From an uncultured Pelagibacteraceae bacterium (GTDB lineage Bacteria > Pseudomonadota > Alphaproteobacteria > Pelagibacterales > Pelagibacteraceae), in NCBI GenBank assembly GCA_902528505.1, contig CABZSY010000001.1:1-56631 (forward strand): 56,631 bases of DNA, in the 5' to 3' direction. The notes below the pieces were generated by a model that worked only from the letters and a program-made list of their open reading frames with translations, did no database searches and had not been told where the DNA came from. Positions 51,295-56,631 of the stretch are shown piece after piece. How positions within the stretch are numbered: the stretch's first letter is position 1; the number at the start of each line of letters is the position of its first letter. Both the position numbers and the translations under genes were made by a program.

Positions 51295-52461
51295 ATGGAA
51301 ATACCGAAAAGTTTTTTAGGTTACAAAAGAGAGAATGGCAGAGCAGGTACAAGAAATCATGTAATTATTCTTCCTGTGGATGATATCTCAAATGCATGTG
51401 CTGAAGCAGTTGCAAATAACATAAAAGGGACAATAGCGCTTCCGCATTCTTATGGAAGACTTCAGTTTGGTGCAGATTTAGAACTTCATTTTAGAACAAT
51501 GATTGGAACTGGTTGTAATCCAAATGTTGCAGCTGTAATTGTAATAGGAATTGAACCAAAATGGACTAAAAAAATTGTTGATGGAATTGCAAAAACTGGG
51601 AAACCAGTTGAAGGATTTCACATTGAAAGAACAGGCGATATCGGAACTACAATGAAAGCCTCAAAGAAAGCTCAAGAATTTGTTATGTGGGCATCAGAGA
51701 AACAAAGAGAAGAATGTCCTCTTAGTGATCTGTGGATATCTGTTAAATGTGGCGAGTCTGATACTACATCTGGTTTAGCTTCAAATCCAACAGTTGGAAA
51801 TTTAATGGATAAATTGGAACCTTTAGGTGTTCATTTATGCTTTGGAGAAACCTCAGAACTAACTGGTGCTGAAAAAGTTTGTGCTACAAGAGGAGCAACT
51901 AAAGAAGCTTCAGATAAATTTATGAAAACTTGGAATGCATACAATGACTTTATATTAAAGGAAGCTACAGATGATCTTTCTGAAAGTCAGCCAACAGCTG
52001 GAAACATTGCAGGTGGATTAACTACCATCGAAGAAAAGGCATTTGGAAACTTTCAAAAAATTGGAAATTGTAAATTTATTGATGTTCTTGAACCAGCAGA
52101 AGAACCAACTAAAGGAAAAGGTTTATATTTTATGGATACGTCTTCAGCTGCAGCTGAATGTGTAACTCTTCAAGCAGCAGCAGGTTTTAATATTCATTTA
52201 TTCCCAACTGGACAAGGTAACATTGTTGGAAATCCAATTGAACCCGTAATTAAACTAACTGCTAATCCTTTAACTGTTAAAAGTATGGGTGAGCATATTG
52301 ATTGTGATGTTTCAAAAATACTTACAAGAGAAATGAATTTATCACAAGGCGGTGATGAATTAATTAAAACAACTTTAAGAGTAGCTAATGGCCGTTTAAC
52401 TTGTGCAGAAGCCTTAGGTCATAAAGAGTTTGTTATGACTAAACTTTATAGAAGTGCCTAA
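51295..52461 (+). CDS. suyB: (2R)-sulfolactate sulfo-lyase beta subunit
   Basis: [64 protein letters not shown]. Confidence 0.88.
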   Translation: MEIPKSFLGYKRENGRAGTRNHVIILPVDDISNACAEAVANNIKGTIALPHSYGRLQFGADLELHFRTMIGTGCNPNVAAVIVIGIEPKWTKKIVDGIAKTGKPVEGFHIERTGDIGTTMKASKKAQEFVMWASEKQREECPLSDLWISVKCGESDTTSGLASNPTVGNLMDKLEPLGVHLCFGETSELTGAEKVCATRGATKEASDKFMKTWNAYNDFILKEATDDLSESQPTAGNIAGGLTTIEEKAFGNFQKIGNCKFIDVLEPAEEPTKGKGLYFMDTSSAAAECVTLQAAAGFNIHLFPTGQGNIVGNPIEPVIKLTANPLTVKSMGEHIDCDVSKILTREMNLSQGGDELIKTTLRVANGRLTCAEALGHKEFVMTKLYRSA

Positions 52462-52477
52462 TTAATTTTTCAATTTC

Positions 52478-53551
52478 ATGATTTATAAAAAGTACTTGGT
52501 ATTAATACCTGGTATAATTTTAGCATTCGTCCTTTATACTTTATCTCAAGGAATAAATAACATTATTGGAATAGAATTATTAGGTTATGAAAAAAGCCCT
52601 ATATCTACAGCAATGATTGCAATATTATCTGGTATTTTTTTTGGAAACATTTTTCAAATTAGGGAAATTTTTTTAAAAGGTTTGGACTTTACTCAAAAAA
52701 ATATTTTAAAGCTTGGTATTATTTGTTTAGGAATTCAACTTAAACCTTTTGCATTTTTAGAATTTGGAAAAATAGCAATCCCATTAATAATAACTTGCAT
52801 TCTTAGTGTTTTATTAGTTATAAAACTTATAAGTAGAAAAATAATAATCCCAAAACGTATGTCCTATCTAATTTCTGTTGGCAGTACAGTTTGTGGTACT
52901 ACAGCAATAATGGCAATGGCTCCTGTGATAAATGCAAAAAAAAATGAGGTATCCTATGCAATTGCTAATATTACTTTATTTGGTATTCTTTCAATGCTCA
53001 TTTACCCTTACTTTGCTAATTTTTATTTTAATGGTGAGTCATTATTTATTGGTCTATTTTTAGGTACTGCTATTCACGAGACTGCTCAAGTTGCAGCAGC
53101 TGGACTAATTTATGACCAACAATTTAATAGTCCTGAAACTTTAAATATCTCAACAGTAACTAAATTGATTAGAAATACATTTTTAGTAATTATGATACCT
53201 CTATTTGCCTATCTGTATTCCAGAGGTCAAATTAAAAAGAAAAATTACTCAATCATAAGAATTTTTCCTTACTTTGTACTAGGCTTTATAGCCATGATAA
53301 TTTTAAGAAATTTAGGTGATCACATATTCTTTGTTAACCAAAATGAAATTTGGTCAAGTACAGTAGAAAATATAAAATTTTTATCAAAAATTTTTTTAAC
53401 AATGGCAATGGCAGCGATAGGTCTTTCAACAAATTTGAGGGAGATCAAAAATATGGGCTATAAGCCTTTTCTTGTAGGTTTTATTGCTATGGCAACAGTT
53501 GGATTAATTTCAATTGTTACAATAGACATATTTATTAGTTATATTATTTAG
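52478..53551 (+). CDS. YeiH / putative sulfate exporter family membrane protein (TauZ/SuyZ-like by context)
   Basis: LKLGIICLG, GSTVCGTTAI, GTAIHETAQVAAAG, TKLIRN, MAMAAIGL. Confidence 0.85.
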   Translation: MIYKKYLVLIPGIILAFVLYTLSQGINNIIGIELLGYEKSPISTAMIAILSGIFFGNIFQIREIFLKGLDFTQKNILKLGIICLGIQLKPFAFLEFGKIAIPLIITCILSVLLVIKLISRKIIIPKRMSYLISVGSTVCGTTAIMAMAPVINAKKNEVSYAIANITLFGILSMLIYPYFANFYFNGESLFIGLFLGTAIHETAQVAAAGLIYDQQFNSPETLNISTVTKLIRNTFLVIMIPLFAYLYSRGQIKKKNYSIIRIFPYFVLGFIAMIILRNLGDHIFFVNQNEIWSSTVENIKFLSKIFLTMAMAAIGLSTNLREIKNMGYKPFLVGFIAMATVGLISIVTIDIFISYII

Positions 53552-54626
53552 CTTTAATAAGTAATTTTATTTTTAAGTTAGACACAAATTTCCTCATGAA
53601 CGCTGCAGCAACTCCTAAAATGATAGCAAACATAATTGTGAACAAACCATAAAAAAATGGCATTTCTTTGGAAAAATCGATAATAAATTCTGAAAAAAAG
53701 TTAAGGTCTTTACTTGCAGTTGATTGATTATTATTTAAAATTTCATTAGCAAAAAAAGTATCATAGGCAATAGCTATTCCAACAATTAATAATAATATTG
53801 CTAGTAAAGCTCTCAATCCAGAACTATCAATTCTCTCACCAACTTTTTGACCCACTTGAACTCCTATTATTGAACCAATAACCAGCATTAAAACTAAAAG
53901 CAAATCTATTGACCCATAATTAAAAGAGTGCAAGAAAGTTACTATTACGCTTACAAAAATTGTCACAAATAAAGAAGTTCCTGGAACTAACTTTGTTGGC
54001 ATCTTTATTATATAAATCATTGCTGGGACTAAAATAAAAGCTCCACCAATTCCCATAATAGCGGCAATAAATCCAACAATAAGACCTATAATAATTGGAG
54101 TAAAAATACTCTCATACAACTTTGATTTAGGAAATCTCATTCTAAGTGGAAGTCCGTGTATCCAGTAATGCACATGTGCCTTTTTTTTAGCTAAGACATT
54201 TCTTTTTGCCTGGTCTATTTCTCTTAAACTCTCAACAAGCATTAAAGTTCCAATTATAGCTAAAATATACATATAGGCTAATGAAATTACGGTATCTATT
54301 TTTCCAATACCTTTAAAATATGTGAATGTATAAATTCCTACAGTGGTTCCAATTGCACCACCAATTACTATTATAAAACCCATTTTATAATCCAATATAT
54401 TTTTTAAATAGTATGTAGTTGAACCAGATACTGATGTAGCTAAAATATTATTAGCCTCATTTGCTACTGCATAAGCTGGTGGGATCCCTAGAAAAATAAG
54501 AAATGGCGTCATTAAAAAACCACCTCCAACTCCAAACAATCCTGAAAGTACTCCAACTATTGCACTTAACAAAAGTATTTCTATGGGATTAACAAATACT
54601 TGTGCAATTGGCAAAAATACTTCCAT
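53544..54626 (-). CDS. TauE/SafE (TSUP) family exporter with C-terminal extension
   Basis: GVLSGLFGVGGGFLMTP and GFIAAIMGIGGAFILVP repeats, GTSLF. Confidence 0.88.
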   Translation of the reverse strand: MEVFLPIAQVFVNPIEILLLSAIVGVLSGLFGVGGGFLMTPFLIFLGIPPAYAVANEANNILATSVSGSTTYYLKNILDYKMGFIIVIGGAIGTTVGIYTFTYFKGIGKIDTVISLAYMYILAIIGTLMLVESLREIDQAKRNVLAKKKAHVHYWIHGLPLRMRFPKSKLYESIFTPIIIGLIVGFIAAIMGIGGAFILVPAMIYIIKMPTKLVPGTSLFVTIFVSVIVTFLHSFNYGSIDLLLVLMLVIGSIIGVQVGQKVGERIDSSGLRALLAILLLIVGIAIAYDTFFANEILNNNQSTASKDLNFFSEFIIDFSKEMPFFYGLFTIMFAIILGVAAAFMRKFVSNLKIKLLIKAK

Positions 54627-54657
54627 ATAAACTTAAAAAATGCTGCTTAAAAATAAC

Positions 54658-54792
54658 TTAGTTAAAAGTAACAAAAGTTCCAACTAAAATTACGCCCCAG
54701 TATGCAAGTAAACTCATTAAAATGCCTACTTTGATATATGATGATTTTAATCTGGGGAGTTTGTTTAAAATTTTTATTTCTGAAAGGTGCAT
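54658..54792 (-). CDS. 44-aa microprotein with C-terminal TM helix
   Basis: Hand-translated MHLSEIKILNKLPRLKSSYIKVGILMSLLAYWGVILVGTFVTFN; fills an otherwise unusually long gap. Confidence 0.6.
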   Translation of the reverse strand: MHLSEIKILNKLPRLKSSYIKVGILMSLLAYWGVILVGTFVTFN

Positions 54793-54856
54793 TTAATATG
54801 TGAATACACCCAGCTAGTAATTTGTCAAATAATTATTTAATTTATGCCAATTTTTT

Positions 54857-55207
54857 TTAATAAATTGTTGCACCATAAACTTTGATAAGGTTGTCTTCTA
54901 TGCCTAGAACTAATCTACCTAAGAACTCTCCAGGCAGTTCTTTGTTCGTCTGTTTTATCAAAACAGTTACGTGATCCCCCCGTCTTAAACATCCAAAAGG
55001 TTCGAAAGTTTCGTTTAAATTTACAATTAATTTATTATTTGCCCACTGTTTACCTAATTCAACTTCATTTGCTCCAAAAAGCATCTGAGTAGAAAAATCT
55101 CTTGTAAATCCTCCATAATCTTTAAGATTAGACGATTTTATTAAATTATCCCAAATTGGTTTGGCTAATTCATATATTTCATCATCAGTTTTAGATAAAA
55201 TATCCAT
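54857..55207 (-). CDS. Hypothetical 116-aa soluble protein (possibly NTF2-like fold)
   Basis: Starts 20 nt after the aprA stop; helical N-half (DYGGFTRDFS) and beta-rich C-half. Confidence 0.75.
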   Translation of the reverse strand: MDILSKTDDEIYELAKPIWDNLIKSSNLKDYGGFTRDFSTQMLFGANEVELGKQWANNKLIVNLNETFEPFGCLRRGDHVTVLIKQTNKELPGEFLGRLVLGIEDNLIKVYGATIY

Positions 55208-55227
55208 ATTTATTTGTAATTTAAATT

Positions 55228-56631
55228 TTAAGAGGCTTTTTTCTTCTCGTTCTCATCCACGATATGGTAAACAGGAACTTTCTCAAGACTAAATTTACCT
55301 GTCTTAGGATCTCTTCTAGAAACAGTTAAACAGTGCCAGTTTTCATCATCAAGTTTCATATGATCTCCTCTGTAGTAATAACCCGGCCATCTAGTTTCTT
55401 CTCTAAACATTGTATGTTCTGTTACACACTGAGATGTAATAGCTCTGTGTTTAAGCTCCCAAGCTCTCATAAGTTGATGATAATCCTCAGCTCCAACATT
55501 TTCTAGGTCTTCCTCCAGCCAAGTCAAAAGCTCCAAACCTTTTTTTAACATATTAGCGTTAGTCATGTAGTTAGTCGCAATTCCACCAACATATTCATCC
55601 ATAATCCTTTGTAAACGTTGAAGTCCTTGAATTGGAGAAATATAACTCGGGGATACTGTTCCACCAGTTATTTCATTTTGAGCAACTTTGTAAGTTTCAA
55701 GGGGTTTATAAACTTTAGCTTTAAAATCCTCACATTGTTTATCTGAAACCTTTAAACCTTCAGCTTTTTTATCCTCAATATATTTAACAGCAGCTTTTGC
55801 AGCTAATCTACCTTCTGTAAATGATCCAGAAGAAAATTTGTGTGCACTTCCACCCACAGTGTCTCCAGCACCAAATAGACCGTCAATTGTCAGCATTCTA
55901 TTATATCCCCAGAAATATTCTGGAGGAGATAAATCTTCAGGTCCACTTACCCAAGCTCCTGAACAAGTAGCATGTGAACCCATAACATATGGTTCTGACG
56001 TTGTTAATTCAGGATTTGTATATTTTGGATCAATGTTTTGAGATGCCCAAACTACAGCCTGACCAACTGTCATCCCTAAGAAATTTTCCCAACCTACAGT
56101 TTCTAAATGTGGATCTTGGAATGCCTCTGTTGTAACCATTTGGATTGGTCCACCACCTGCCATTGTTTCTTGAATAAATGCATGATTTCTTAAACAAGTT
56201 GGTGTTGGGTGATGATCAATATACTCACCTACTAATTCTTTAGTTTGATCATACCATTTTTTTTCATAGTTTTCACCATTAGCATTTTGAGTATAAGTTT
56301 TTAAATGAAGGAAATACGCACCAACGGGTCCATAACCATCTTTAAATCTGCATAACACAATTCTGTTTTCCATTTGTGTCATTTTAGCTCCAGCAGCAAT
56401 AGGTAATGCATAAGCTGATCCATTACTCCACGGTGCATACCATGTTCTACCCATACCTTCACCAACAGCTCTAGGTTTAAATATGTGAGAGGCTCCACCT
56501 GCTGAAACAATTACAGCTTTTGCTCTAAAAACATGAAAATCTCCTGTTCTCATGTTAAAACCTACAGCTCCACCTACTCTATTTTCTTGAGCTTCATCCA
56601 TCAAAAGATGAGTGATCATTATTCTATTATA
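55228..56631 (-). CDS. aprA: Adenylylsulfate (APS) reductase alpha subunit, C-terminal part (start lies beyond the window)
   Basis: GEGMGRTWYAPW, RFKDGYGPVGA, PTCLRNH, EPYVMGSH, HKFSSGSFTEGR, REETRWPGYYYRGD; frame open to the window end. Confidence 0.96.
   Translation of the reverse strand, partial: YNRIMITHLLMDEAQENRVGGAVGFNMRTGDFHVFRAKAVIVSAGGASHIFKPRAVGEGMGRTWYAPWSNGSAYALPIAAGAKMTQMENRIVLCRFKDGYGPVGAYFLHLKTYTQNANGENYEKKWYDQTKELVGEYIDHHPTPTCLRNHAFIQETMAGGGPIQMVTTEAFQDPHLETVGWENFLGMTVGQAVVWASQNIDPKYTNPELTTSEPYVMGSHATCSGAWVSGPEDLSPPEYFWGYNRMLTIDGLFGAGDTVGGSAHKFSSGSFTEGRLAAKAAVKYIEDKKAEGLKVSDKQCEDFKAKVYKPLETYKVAQNEITGGTVSPSYISPIQGLQRLQRIMDEYVGGIATNYMTNANMLKKGLELLTWLEEDLENVGAEDYHQLMRAWELKHRAITSQCVTEHTMFREETRWPGYYYRGDHMKLDDENWHCLTVSRRDPKTGKFSLEKVPVYHIVDENEKKKAS

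Noticed and set aside
42261-56041. Short nested or antisense ORFs in the sulfonate region (42261, 42819, 43382, 44759, 45280, 47910, 48355, 55838)
   Set aside because: All lie within longer well-supported genes and lack independent evidence
1-56631. CRISPR arrays, IS elements, rRNA, metabolite riboswitches
   Set aside because: No spaced repeat arrays, transposase or integrase motifs, or rRNA-like stretches; intergenic regions are short and showed no recognisable aptamer by eye

Overview
Very AT-rich, extremely compact alphaproteobacterial chromosome segment; gene content, order and protein style point to Candidatus Pelagibacter (SAR11). About 1-36 kb is minus-strand housekeeping DNA, in transcription order: tRNA-Leu, tig-clpP-clpX-lon, tRNA-Val/tRNA-Asp, nuoA-N, birA-coaX-rnj-DUF1467-proS-lolC/E-lolD-dnaE, an rpsB leader RNA, then rpsB-tsf-frr-uppS-cdsA-dxr-bamA (partial). 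pyrH, rseP, mce and hupB are cleanly missing from their usual slots. About 36-39 kb is a patch of small genes, several missed by the ORF track and two carrying single-base lesions. About 39.7-56.6 kb is an organosulfonate catabolism and sulfite handling cluster: TRAP transporter, IseJ-like GMC dehydrogenase, TerC, HpsO-like SDR, xsc, suyAB, two different sulfur-oxyanion exporters and aprA (partial). The most novel direct observation is a pair of uncalled, paralogous ~40-aa membrane microproteins 19 kb apart sharing an RPITKxExD...NW motif, one occupying the slot where hupB normally follows lon. No mobile elements, CRISPR or rRNA were seen. All family assignments are from motif recognition, not database searches.
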